Shown here: piece after piece, positions 1 to 8,775 of the stretch | Layout: each line of letters starts with the position of its first letter | Numbering within the stretch: the first letter of the stretch is position 1 | Assembly (NCBI GenBank): GCA_963848345.1 | Contig: CAWKDF010000001.1 | Coordinates: 306,559 to 370,558, forward strand | Direction of reading: 5' to 3' | Source of the DNA: an uncultured Acidimicrobiaceae bacterium | Lineage (GTDB): Bacteria; Actinomycetota; Acidimicrobiia; Acidimicrobiales; RAAP-2 | DNA: 64,000 nt | Translations under genes and position numbers: made by a program | Notes under the pieces: generated by a model | Seen by the model: only the letters and a program-made list of their open reading frames with translations | Database searches by the model: none | What the model was told of the DNA's origin: nothing

Positions 1-20
1 GCGTCGGTGCGTGAGCGTGG

Positions 21-818
21 TCATGCAGCCGACCGCATTCGCTCGAGCGAGGAAAGGACCTCCCCGACGGAGCGCTGGAGCAGCTCATCATCGACGTCCG
101 TGCTCCAGAGCTCTCCGGTCGCCGTGGAGAACATCGACGTTCGAAGGGGAGCGATCGAGGTGCGCAGCGTCTGGACGAGGGCGTGGTAGCGCATGACCCG
201 TTCGGCGCCCTCGGCGAGCGGCGACGTCGTCACGTCGAGGAGCGCCACCGAGGCGACTTCCCCGGTGGTCGTGCCGACCATGAGATCGACCACGTCGCGC
301 AAGACCACGTTGCCCCCCGCCAGCCTCTGGTACGCCCGAAGTGACGTGCGCGGGAGCCAGCGATTCGAGAGTGGACCGAGGGAGCGTTTGAGGGTGACCC
401 AATGGGCGGTCAGGTCCGTCGAGAGCCGGGCGAGCTCATCGGCGTCGAGTCGGTCGACGACATCGGTGAGCACCGTGCGGCCGACTTCGGCACGCCACGC
501 GACCAACAGTTCGCTACACACGTCTGCGATCTCGACCCCGGCACTCATGAGTCGAAGCGCCTGGTTTATGAGGATGCCGCGCACCTGTCCCAGGGGAGCC
601 ACCTCGGGGTCGAAGACGGGCGGGCCATCTCGAAGCGACGAGGCGCGCACGATGAATGGTTCGCTCACCAGCCCCGGTCCGAGGAGCTCGTAGATGCCGT
701 CTTCGAGCGTGGCGCGCAGTCCGGCCGCGGCGCTCGCGTTGGCGAGCGGTCGGTTCGCACGTTCGCCTCGCAGAACGTCCATGACGTTGAAGGGAGATGC
801 GTCCAACACAGAGGTCAT
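21..818 (-). CDS. PD-(D/E)XK nuclease-like protein, degenerate active site
   Basis: 265 aa. C-terminal LRDVVDLMVG...LLDVTT...MRYHALVQTLR resembles the D...DxK...YAL pattern of RecB/AddB-like PD-(D/E)XK folds, with Lys replaced by Thr. Confidence 0.5.
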   Translation of the reverse strand: MTSVLDASPFNVMDVLRGERANRPLANASAAAGLRATLEDGIYELLGPGLVSEPFIVRASSLRDGPPVFDPEVAPLGQVRGILINQALRLMSAGVEIADVCSELLVAWRAEVGRTVLTDVVDRLDADELARLSTDLTAHWVTLKRSLGPLSNRWLPRTSLRAYQRLAGGNVVLRDVVDLMVGTTTGEVASVALLDVTTSPLAEGAERVMRYHALVQTLRTSIAPLRTSMFSTATGELWSTDVDDELLQRSVGEVLSSLERMRSAA

Positions 819-824
819 GTATCG

Positions 825-846
825 AGTGTGACGCCACGCTGTGACA
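825..846 (-). promoter_or_regulatory. PafBC/RecA-NDp-like promoter, leaderless
   Basis: Minus strand reads TGTCAC-N10-CACACT-N6-ATG(818). Spacing matches the TGTCGG-N10-TANNNT actinobacterial DNA-damage promoter. Confidence 0.4.
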
Positions 847-858
847 CCAGCGCTAGCG

Positions 859-872
859 TGAACACATGTTTG
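859..872. promoter_or_regulatory. LexA box-like site
   Basis: TGAAC-ACAT-GTTTG, 2 mismatches to CGAAC-N4-GTTCG. Confidence 0.4.
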
Positions 873-967
873 TCGCCGTGTTTTCGGTCTTTGTGGCGGC
901 GGTGGTCGTGCTCAGTGTGCTGACCGTGCGCTGGGCCATTCAGCGCGACCGCGCACGCCGACGCTAG
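866..967 (+). CDS. 33-aa single-TM microprotein MFVAVFSVFVAAVVVLSVLTVRWAIQRDRARRR (not in ORF track)
   Basis: ATG866..TAG967. Hydrophobic helix followed by Arg-rich tail; TAGCGT-N6-ATG leaderless signal; stop abuts the convergent gene's stop at 968. Confidence 0.6.
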   Translation: MFVAVFSVFVAAVVVLSVLTVRWAIQRDRARRR

Positions 968-1234
968 CTATTGCGGTTCGCTCTCGTTCGCGTTCTTGTC
1001 CCGCACTCGTAGACGCGCCTCGAGTTCGTGCACGGTGCGGTCGAGATCAGCCACCGCGCGTTCGATGACGGCGAGTCGATCCTTTAGTGTCTCGTCCACC
1101 CGTTGATCGACGCGCTTGTCCACCTGTGCACTGAGCCGCGAGTCGAGCGAATCGACGATGGGCTGGGTGATCTGCTTGATGCGGGCCTTCAGATCATTCG
1201 CCTTGTTGTCGCTGGAATCTGACGTATCGCTCAT
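968..1234 (-). CDS. small coiled-coil hypothetical protein
   Basis: 88 aa, charged and heptad-like; TAGTCT-N6-ATG upstream. Confidence 0.7.
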   Translation of the reverse strand: MSDTSDSSDNKANDLKARIKQITQPIVDSLDSRLSAQVDKRVDQRVDETLKDRLAVIERAVADLDRTVHELEARLRVRDKNANESEPQ

Positions 1235-1243
1235 GGGCCAAGA

Positions 1244-3493
1244 CTACGTTGAGGGCGGCGGGCAGTACACGCCAGCGTTGAACTGCAGGGTGTTGAACTG
1301 CCCAGCCCAGGGAGGATTCTCGAGCGTGGTGGCCTCGTTCTCGAGCGTGGACAGCGGCGAGCACACGGCGTCGAACGTGATGAAACCGCGTACGTTGCTT
1401 CCCGTCGCTCCCGTCACCGGAACGGGGCCACCCCCGCCGAAGGCGAGTGCAATGAAGACGGGCATCGAGACCGAGGAAAGCTGATAGTTGCGGTACTCGG
1501 ACTGGGAGGCGTAGACGGCCGCGTTCAGATCGGGATCGACCGAGTCGATGCCGGCTTGCCAGCCCTTCAAGATGGAAGACCAGTAGGTGGCGTAGGTCGC
1601 GAGCGTTGCGCTCGACGCGCCACCCGGCGCATCAAGGCCAGAGTGATTGTCGGGATAGCCCTCGGGGTCAAGGACCACCCAGTCGGGGCTGAGACCAACG
1701 CCAAGGCTGCGGTAGGACGCGATCTGGGTGGCGACCCAGACGCCTGCGTCGAACCCGTGCGTGTAGAAGTTCGATGCGGTGAGGGGCTGGCCGGCGAGAG
1801 GTCCGCTCACGGTCCAAAAGGACAGCCACGTGACTCGCTTGTGAGAGTTGTAGATCGCTTGACCAAGGAGGAAGTCGGGGGACTCTTCAATGTTGGTTGT
1901 CCCGGTGAATCCGACCCACGGTGCAGAGCGCGTGCCGAGTCCTCCGGTCTCAGAGATGATGGGCCAGCCGCTGGTGATGGCGCTCGACCAGTCGGTGGCA
2001 GGGATGGCGTAGACCCCAACTCCCTCAGGGGGCGGCGAATTGACGCCCGCCGCGTACAGTGTCAGCTGTCCGTTCAACTGCAATCCCGCGACGATGTTTC
2101 CGACGGTTCGCGCCGAACTGCCAGCGGTCACCGAGACGTTCGTCGCGGTCCATGAGGTAGAGCCGACGGGATTGGTCAGCACGAACAGGTCGCCCCAGTT
2201 AGAAGCTTGGCCAGCCACTGCCACTTCAGACGGTGTCACCTCGACCGTCAGTGTCCCGCTCAGCGGAGGCGCGCCTGACGCTTCTGAGGTGATGTTGGCG
2301 TAGTTCCACAGCTGCTGGGCACCCGGCTCGGATGAAAGATTCTGCGCGGTAAAGAGATCAACGTTCCCGCTCGCCGTCAGCGCTGCAAGGTCGATCGACG
2401 AGACGCTCGTGCCGAGTGCGAGCGTACCGACGACCGTGGGTGCACCCGTCGTCGTTGTTAGGTTCGTGGTCGTCCAGGAGTTGAGCGCCGTCCCCGAATT
2501 GGTCACGACCTCGACGTCCCCATTGTTGAGAATCGTGGCGAAGCTTGGCGTTGTGCCCGGCACCACCACGGGATCACTCGCGAAGCCCGTCGCGACCGTA
2601 GGCGCGGGCGGCTTGGTCGTGGTCGTCGTGGTCGTCGTGGTGGTTGTGGTCGTCGTCGGTTTGGTCGTGGTGGTGGTCGTCGGTTTGGTCGTGGTAGTCG
2701 TGGTGGTTGGGGTGGCGGAAGGATGGGAGGTCGAGCCAGCCCGCTCGATTGTCGTCGCGGTCATGAAGGCGGCCGAAGTCACCGGCGTCGATGCCGTCAC
2801 GCCCGCAGGCGAGTAGCTCACCGTCGTGGCATTTTGGTTGTAGACGGGCACCGGCTCGCCGGTCACCCACGAGAGCGTCAGCACTTCGATCGCGTTGGTC
2901 GCCGTGCGATACGCGACGGTCGCGGTCGAGCCATCCACCTGCACGCTCGGAAGACCAATGGACGCCACAACACCGGTCAGCGCACTGAGATCGGTCGTCA
3001 CGTAGGGTCGCCACGGTGTCCCGAAGTGAAGTCGCGCCCAGGCCGGCGTGTCGGGGTTGTTCGGCGTGAGGAGCTCCACGTGTCCGGTCGTGTCAACGTA
3101 CAGGACGTCAAGGTTGTTCGACGGGTCGAAGAAAGGTATGGGATCGGCACCGGCCGTGGGTACGTCATTGTGGGTCGTGTAGTCGAGCCAACTGGTGGCG
3201 CCGGCAGAGGTCTGGAGATAGCGGGCGAGATCGCCGGTGTTCGTGCGATACGCGATCACCCCTTCGGTAGCGTCGCTCGCGCTGTGCGGTCCGCCGAGCA
3301 TGGTGGTCGTGTTCAGGTGCGATTCAAGCGACACCGCGTTCCAGGGTAACGGCGCGACGCCAGTGTCGACGAACTGATAGAGCGGCAATCCGGTCGCCGT
3401 GGGAGCCGTCGTCACGCCGTGCGACGCACTCGTCGCAACGAGCGCACTCGCGACGAGAATCAATCCAATCAGCGTCAATCGTGCAAACTTCAC
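1244..3493 (-). CDS. secreted multidomain protein (repeat/propeller-like region, Thr-rich linker, putative glycoside-hydrolase-like C-terminus)
   Basis: 749 aa. Signal peptide MKFARLTLIGLILVASALVA; recurring W/Y-x-x-T-N/D-L-T/S...G motifs; PT-rich linker; C-terminal VVLDPEG...AVYAS. Confidence 0.7.
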   Translation of the reverse strand: MKFARLTLIGLILVASALVATSASHGVTTAPTATGLPLYQFVDTGVAPLPWNAVSLESHLNTTTMLGGPHSASDATEGVIAYRTNTGDLARYLQTSAGATSWLDYTTHNDVPTAGADPIPFFDPSNNLDVLYVDTTGHVELLTPNNPDTPAWARLHFGTPWRPYVTTDLSALTGVVASIGLPSVQVDGSTATVAYRTATNAIEVLTLSWVTGEPVPVYNQNATTVSYSPAGVTASTPVTSAAFMTATTIERAGSTSHPSATPTTTTTTTKPTTTTTTKPTTTTTTTTTTTTTTKPPAPTVATGFASDPVVVPGTTPSFATILNNGDVEVVTNSGTALNSWTTTNLTTTTGAPTVVGTLALGTSVSSIDLAALTASGNVDLFTAQNLSSEPGAQQLWNYANITSEASGAPPLSGTLTVEVTPSEVAVAGQASNWGDLFVLTNPVGSTSWTATNVSVTAGSSARTVGNIVAGLQLNGQLTLYAAGVNSPPPEGVGVYAIPATDWSSAITSGWPIISETGGLGTRSAPWVGFTGTTNIEESPDFLLGQAIYNSHKRVTWLSFWTVSGPLAGQPLTASNFYTHGFDAGVWVATQIASYRSLGVGLSPDWVVLDPEGYPDNHSGLDAPGGASSATLATYATYWSSILKGWQAGIDSVDPDLNAAVYASQSEYRNYQLSSVSMPVFIALAFGGGGPVPVTGATGSNVRGFITFDAVCSPLSTLENEATTLENPPWAGQFNTLQFNAGVYCPPPST
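2612..2711 (-). repeat. low-complexity Thr-codon repeat (PTTTTTTK-like units)
   Basis: GTC/GTG/GTT triplet runs on +, with duplicated ggtttggtcgtggt units; encodes a poly-Thr linker. Confidence 0.85.
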
Positions 3494-3595
3494 TTGCGTC
3501 CTTACGTGGGCGACACGCCCAATCTGATGCCGACCCTCACTGTTAAAGTTTAGGTTCGACGTTTCCGCACACTGAGTCAGACGTGGTGTGCATTG

Positions 3596-5995
3596 CTACG
3601 AACGCGTTACAACCCTCTTCGCCGTGGACGCGGCCGATGGACCATCGACGTTGACCGCGCGCGCGACAACGCTGTACGCGTGATCGCCACTCAATTTCGT
3701 CACGTCAATGGATCGCACGCCCTTCGGCATGGCCTTCCACGACGCACCCCCGTTGAGTGAATACTGATAATCGGTTATTGCACTACCACCGTTCGACGCC
3801 GGCGGCTTGACGATGAGATGGAAGCCGCGTACGAGCGCGACGAGCGTTGAGATCGAGGGTGCACTGGGCCGCGTGCTCACCTTCGCCGTTCCGGCGGCCT
3901 TGAATGCAAGCGTCGTCGAGTAGATCGGCTGACCCTCGTAGGTGATGGTCACCGCGACGTCTTGTGGGACGGTCGACTCGACATCGAAGGAGACGACGCC
4001 TTCGGCACTGCTGACGAGCGTGCTCGTAGCAGTACCGGTGCTCGCGGTGTTCTCGACGCCATCGATGCTGAGGTTTCCGCCGGGAGCCGTCACCGTGACG
4101 GCGACCGAGGCGTTCGCAATCGGGACATCGTTTGTGCTGCGGAGCGTCGCCGTGAGTGTGGGCCCGGTCGCGAGTGCGACACCGTTCGACGACGTCGTAG
4201 TGAGCGAGCTCTTTGCGGCACTGAACTCGGGCGGACAGAGGCCCGAGAGGAACGCCGCGCCGTTCGGTGTCCCAAGTCCCGACGCCATGTCATAGCCGGG
4301 TCCCGCGCTGTACTCACCGATGTTGAACAAGTCGTTGTTGCCGGTGGTCACGTCGATGAAACCCGTGCTCGACATCGCATACAGCGAAGGGTTGATGAAC
4401 CCGAGTCGTGGCACGCCGCACGCTTGCGCGGCAACAGCGACGAGGTCACTGACGAGCGGTGCGCCGATCGACGTGCCGCCGATCGCGCCCCAGCCGCCCG
4501 AGCACGAGTGGCGACAGAATCCCGAGCCGGTCCCGGTGTAGTACTGGATGAAGCCCGTTGCCGGGTCGCCCATGACCGACAGGTCGGGCACCATGCGCAT
4601 GGTGTTGGTCGTGGTGTTGATCCCGGGGGCCACCTGCCAGCTTGGGCGGCTCCAGAGGGACGACTGTCCCCCTCCACCCGAGCCGCAGTCTGCTTGGGTG
4701 CAGTTGTCGTTCCAGACCGACTCGGTGAGGGGATCGATGTTGGAGACGTCGAGGCCCCCGACGCCCGTGACGTAGGGCTGAGACGCGGGGTCGTCCACCG
4801 CGGGACCGCCGGTCGGATCGGACGCGTCTTCGCAGTCCGAGGATCCGTCATCGCCAGCTGCGGCGACGACCGTCTGGCCCTGGGCCGCCATCTCTTGGAA
4901 GATCGTCTGCTCGGCTTGCGCGGCACCGTCGGTTTGGGCCTCGCAGATGCCCCACGACGTCGAGATGATGGTTGCCGTGTCGTTGCTCGCCATCTGAGAG
5001 TAGATGTCCGTCGTGCCGGAGCCGCTTTGCGTTCCTTGGTACACCTCCAGGGCGGCGCCGGGCGCGAGCGCGGCCGCTTCTTCTACGTCGAGCGTGGCTT
5101 CATCGGGCGCATTGTCCGCGTTGTCCGAGCTCGTGGGACCGCCATCGACGTTGATCGACGTGACCGAGGGCGCGAGCCCGTAGCAGCTGAAGAACGTCTG
5201 CGCGTCGCTGGCGTCGTAGGTGGCGAGCTCGTAGATCCCGATCGTCTGGCCCACGCCGGTGTCGCCGGCAGACCACGCCCCGCTGAAGCCGTAGAGCGCG
5301 GCTTGCTGCTGCACGGTGTATCCACCGAGGTTGTTCGGCGTGGTGCCCGTAGAGCTTCCCGCCCCGGGACACGCAGTTGGCGTCGAGACCGTGTTGGCAC
5401 TGACGCGTGTCGTCTCGAGATTCGTCGATTCGGGCACGACGGTATCGAGACCCGCGACGGCCGTGACGTCGTGCGCCAGCGACGAAGGCAACGACGCGTC
5501 CGACGTGAAGTGTGCGTCGAGCGCGCCGCTGCTCAGGCGAACCGTCTCGACGGGCGCGTCAAACGCGCGCGCGATCTCGCGCGTCGTGCCGGTGACGTGC
5601 AGGATGTCCCGGCCGGCGCTGAGCGCGCCGACGTGAAAGCCGTAGGACGAGAAGAATCGTTCAACCGCAGTGACCGTCGCGCTTGAGGCGCCGAAACGCG
5701 CCGCGTACTGCGACGGAGTGAGAAAGCGGTGATAGTTCGGCGACGCCGTGTCCGACAGACTCGTGATGAAGGAGGTCAGCGCGCCGCGGTGAGTCTGGGC
5801 GAGTGCGAGATCGAATGAGGTGGTGATGGATCGGTTGACCACGACGTCCCGCGTCGGGGTAGGCGCGAGACCCGCCACGAGCACCCGTGGCTCACTCGCG
5901 TTCGCCGCCAGCGTCGTCGCGGGCAGCGCCAGCCCGACGAGCGTGGCACTGAAAGCGAGCAGGATCCATCGCGACCGGGAAACGGAGATTTTCAT
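3596..5995 (-). CDS. S53 family (sedolisin/kumamolisin-like) secreted peptidase with pro-domain and C-terminal Ig/FN3-like domains
   Basis: Signal peptide; pro-domain YHRFLTPSQYAARFG; catalytic EATLD, AAGDDG, GGTS; Ca site GYDMASGLGTP; FN3-like PPASNGGSAITDYQYS. Confidence 0.92.
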   Translation of the reverse strand: MKISVSRSRWILLAFSATLVGLALPATTLAANASEPRVLVAGLAPTPTRDVVVNRSITTSFDLALAQTHRGALTSFITSLSDTASPNYHRFLTPSQYAARFGASSATVTAVERFFSSYGFHVGALSAGRDILHVTGTTREIARAFDAPVETVRLSSGALDAHFTSDASLPSSLAHDVTAVAGLDTVVPESTNLETTRVSANTVSTPTACPGAGSSTGTTPNNLGGYTVQQQAALYGFSGAWSAGDTGVGQTIGIYELATYDASDAQTFFSCYGLAPSVTSINVDGGPTSSDNADNAPDEATLDVEEAAALAPGAALEVYQGTQSGSGTTDIYSQMASNDTATIISTSWGICEAQTDGAAQAEQTIFQEMAAQGQTVVAAAGDDGSSDCEDASDPTGGPAVDDPASQPYVTGVGGLDVSNIDPLTESVWNDNCTQADCGSGGGGQSSLWSRPSWQVAPGINTTTNTMRMVPDLSVMGDPATGFIQYYTGTGSGFCRHSCSGGWGAIGGTSIGAPLVSDLVAVAAQACGVPRLGFINPSLYAMSSTGFIDVTTGNNDLFNIGEYSAGPGYDMASGLGTPNGAAFLSGLCPPEFSAAKSSLTTTSSNGVALATGPTLTATLRSTNDVPIANASVAVTVTAPGGNLSIDGVENTASTGTATSTLVSSAEGVVSFDVESTVPQDVAVTITYEGQPIYSTTLAFKAAGTAKVSTRPSAPSISTLVALVRGFHLIVKPPASNGGSAITDYQYSLNGGASWKAMPKGVRSIDVTKLSGDHAYSVVARAVNVDGPSAASTAKRVVTRS

Positions 5996-6080
5996 GGCTT
6001 CAGCCTAGGGAAGCGCCGCGCTTCCAAGAGAGCGGCGAGGTACTTATAAGGCAATTCTTATATCGCGGACGTTTTGTTCC

Positions 6081-6584
6081 TCACGGGAGGTCGTAGCCTG
6101 CGCGGCGGTATCGAGCAGAGAGGTCTGAGCACTCGACACAGACCGATTCGGGGATCACACCCGCCCGCATGAGCCAGCCAAAGACGGTGCATCCCATGCA
6201 ATATCCCGCCAATCCTTCGAGCGACGCAGCGGCCACCAGCGGAAGAAGAATCCAACGAGCGTCGAGCCATCCAGCGCTCAGCCACGTCAATAACGTCGCC
6301 AATGAGAAGGCAAGTCCCATGCCCTGTGCGAAGCGCTTGGGCGGGCCCGGCACAAATCTTTCCCAACTTTTCAGTCGTGGTCCACTGACGTGCACTGCGA
6401 ACCAGCCGAGCGGCGAGATCTTCGGGCCAGCCGCGACTCGGGCGGCGAAGCCGTAGGTGAGGAGGATGAGGAGCCATGCTTGACCGGTGGTGAAGGTGAT
6501 CACGCTCAACGCGAGGACGCCGAGCGCCACGCTGCGCGCCGCCGCATCGTTCACCGGATTGGGGAACGAGAAGAATCTCTTCAT
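6081..6584 (-). CDS. DUF4395 family membrane protein
   Basis: FSFPNPVND..AR, GPPKRFAQGMG, LE...GYCMGC motifs. Confidence 0.85.
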   Translation of the reverse strand: MKRFFSFPNPVNDAAARSVALGVLALSVITFTTGQAWLLILLTYGFAARVAAGPKISPLGWFAVHVSGPRLKSWERFVPGPPKRFAQGMGLAFSLATLLTWLSAGWLDARWILLPLVAAASLEGLAGYCMGCTVFGWLMRAGVIPESVCVECSDLSARYRRAGYDLP

Positions 6585-6618
6585 GCAACAAAGTTTAGGG
6601 GAATAGTCAGCTATTGGT

Positions 6619-7386
6619 TCAAAGTGCCAGCTTGATGGTCGTGATCACGCCGATGATGATCACCGCGACTCGCACGAGCGTGGGCGAAAGCCGCACGATC
6701 AAAAGCGCCCCGAGATACCCACCGATGAGGGTGCCGACGAGCAGTGCCACCACATCAGTGCCCGCGAGGTGACCGTGGACGATGAAGATCAAGGCGGCGA
6801 CGGCGTTGATGACGATGGAGAGCGCGTTGCGCAGTCCTTGCACTTCATGGATCTCGAGCGGCAAGGTGAGGCCCAGTACCGCCAGCAGCAGGATGCCCAT
6901 GCCGGCACCGAAGTAACCGCCGTAGGCCGAAGAGAGAAAGATCCCGACATAGAGCGCCCAACGGCGCGCCGGGTGCGCCGTGTCGGCGTGGGCGAGCCTG
7001 CTAGTAACCAGGGGTGATAGGGCAAACAGCAGGGTGCCCGCTCCGATCAGCCACGGAACGATTGCACGAAACAGCGAAGGGGATCCCTCGAAGAGCAGGG
7101 TGCAACCGGTCGCGGTGCCAAGCACGCACGAAGGCAGCAGACTTTTGATGAGCGCGCGATGATCGCGAAGTTGGTGTCGAAACACGCGCAGCGATCCGAA
7201 GTAGCTCGGCACGACCCCGACGGTCGTCGAGAGGTTTGCCTGAAGAGCGGGGACGCCCGTCGCGAGGAGCGTGGGGAAGGTGATGAACGTCCCCCCACCG
7301 GCGACTCCGTTGGCGATGCCCGCCCCGACGCCGGCGAGCATCACGAGGCTGAGGCGCCACAAAGGTGGAAGGGCGCCCAGGAACAT
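6619..7386 (-). CDS. TauE/SafE (TSUP) family transporter
   Basis: AGIANGVAGGGTFITFP and YGGYFGAGMG repeats; start ATG7386 (TAGAGT-N7) or GTG7392. Confidence 0.88.
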   Translation of the reverse strand: MFLGALPPLWRLSLVMLAGVGAGIANGVAGGGTFITFPTLLATGVPALQANLSTTVGVVPSYFGSLRVFRHQLRDHRALIKSLLPSCVLGTATGCTLLFEGSPSLFRAIVPWLIGAGTLLFALSPLVTSRLAHADTAHPARRWALYVGIFLSSAYGGYFGAGMGILLLAVLGLTLPLEIHEVQGLRNALSIVINAVAALIFIVHGHLAGTDVVALLVGTLIGGYLGALLIVRLSPTLVRVAVIIIGVITTIKLAL

Positions 7387-7473
7387 TGTCACTACTCTAC
7401 GTACGATGGGTTTTTACGAAAACTGTGTGACGAATCCGCGAATCGACCCTTGTCGTCATCTACCGTTAGCGAC

Positions 7474-7938
7474 GTGTACCTCTTGACTGGTGAACTCATT
7501 GTTCCAAAGGACGCGCCCGAGGATCTGATCCGCGCGGCCGGAGGCATCGTCACTCGATTCGTGCCCGGTGGACGCGTGGAAGTCGCGTGCATCTACCGCG
7601 AAGCGCGAGGCGACTGGACGTTTCCAAAAGGCAAGCTCGAAGCCGGAGAGAGCTTCGAACAAGGAGCCTTGCGCGAGGTGTACGAAGAGATCGGACTGCA
7701 CTGTCGTGTCGTGCGGTTCGTCGGCACGACCAACTACACCCACCGCAAGGGCAAGCCGAAGATCGTCGGCTACTACCTCATGACCGCGGACTTTGGCGTC
7801 TTCGAGCCGAACGACGAAGTGGACGAGCTCGTCTGGCTGCCGCTCGAACACGTACGCGCGCACCTCACGTGGGATCGCGATCAAGAGCTCTTCGATCTCG
7901 TCTTGGAGATGCCAGAGCTGCGGGCACTCGCCTCCTAG
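7474..7938 (+). CDS. NUDIX hydrolase
   Basis: Nudix box GKLEAGESFEQGALREVYEEIG; start GTG7474 after TACCGT-N7. Confidence 0.9.
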   Translation: MYLLTGELIVPKDAPEDLIRAAGGIVTRFVPGGRVEVACIYREARGDWTFPKGKLEAGESFEQGALREVYEEIGLHCRVVRFVGTTNYTHRKGKPKIVGYYLMTADFGVFEPNDEVDELVWLPLEHVRAHLTWDRDQELFDLVLEMPELRALAS

Positions 7939-7986
7939 CTCGAGAGGCGTTCCAACTCGTCCGAGGGGGCACTTACTTCGTAGCGC

Positions 7987-8344
7987 TCATGCGAGATGGC
8001 GCGGCCGCGACGTTGGGGAGCTTGGTGAGCGCGTGCTCACGTCCGCGATGCCACAAAGTACGTTGAGCTCTGGCATGTAACCGGTCGCGCAGCCTGGTGG
8101 GATTACAGACTTGACCGTCCGGTAACCGTGGACCGTCCGCGGAGATCCGTCCTTCCAGAAGCTCGTGACGTCGATGAGCTCGAACTCTCCCAGCCCTCGG
8201 TCGCTCATATCGCGCTCGTTCATGAAGATCAACCGTGCGCAGTCCCTCAAGTTCGCGGTATCGATCGTTGTCCGAGTAAATGGTGGTCTCGAACTGATCG
8301 TGCGAGCGCGCCGTGGTCAAGTTTCGTTTCGGTGAAATGGTCAT
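7987..8344 (-). pseudogene. 3' remnant of an FdhF/YdeP-type molybdopterin oxidoreductase
   Basis: RSHDQFETTIYSDNDRYR, then after a frameshift near 8234 LIFMNERDMSDRGL...IPPGCATGYMPELNVL: the typical YdeP C-terminal domain. The rest of the gene is missing. Confidence 0.8.
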
Positions 8345-8700
8345 TGATGACCCTCTCTGCGTATTCGTACTCCCATCGACAAGGTGCCGATGTCGGTGGC
8401 GACGGTGGCCCAGCGTGTGCGTGCGACGTCGCTCGTCGCTCGTCGTTCGGCGCCGATGAGCGCGCTCTCAAGCCGCTCCGCGCATTTCGCGAAGATGCGT
8501 CGAGTCATCTTCGAAAGGCGGGACCTGGGCTACGTACATCCGGGGACGGTCGCTTTGCCACCGCACTCCTTCGAACGATTGGCTGAAGGGAAAACGTCTC
8601 ACATCGAGTCCTGTAGATCAACGACGAAAAATGGATTCACTGCCACTACGCGCCTGAGTACCCGGGCAACGTGCTCGCGTTACCTGCGCAGAGGGGTGAA

Positions 8701-8755
8701 TTGACCAAGGTGCGAGCGTTCGCTATGGTATTGTCTACTAAATCAATGGAAATTG
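8701..8755 (+). promoter_or_regulatory. sigma70-type promoter followed by AT-rich putative Rrf2/CymR-like operator
   Basis: TTGACC(8701)-N17-TATGGT(8724), then ATTGTCTACTAAATCAATGGAAATT. Confidence 0.55.
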
Positions 8756-8775
8756 ATGCGTATAAAGGAACGTAC

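Noticed and set aside
2612-2711. Tandem repeats as CRISPR or mobile repeat
   Set aside because: Triplet low-complexity sequence encoding a Thr linker; no spacers and no cas genes.
3962-5686. 574-aa plus-strand ORF and similar long shadow ORFs (e.g. 19191-20801+, 20893-21996-, 35417-36604+, 45195-46322+, 48738-49787-)
   Set aside because: Antisense or alternate-frame shadows of well-supported genes in high-GC DNA; Arg/Gly-rich with no motifs.
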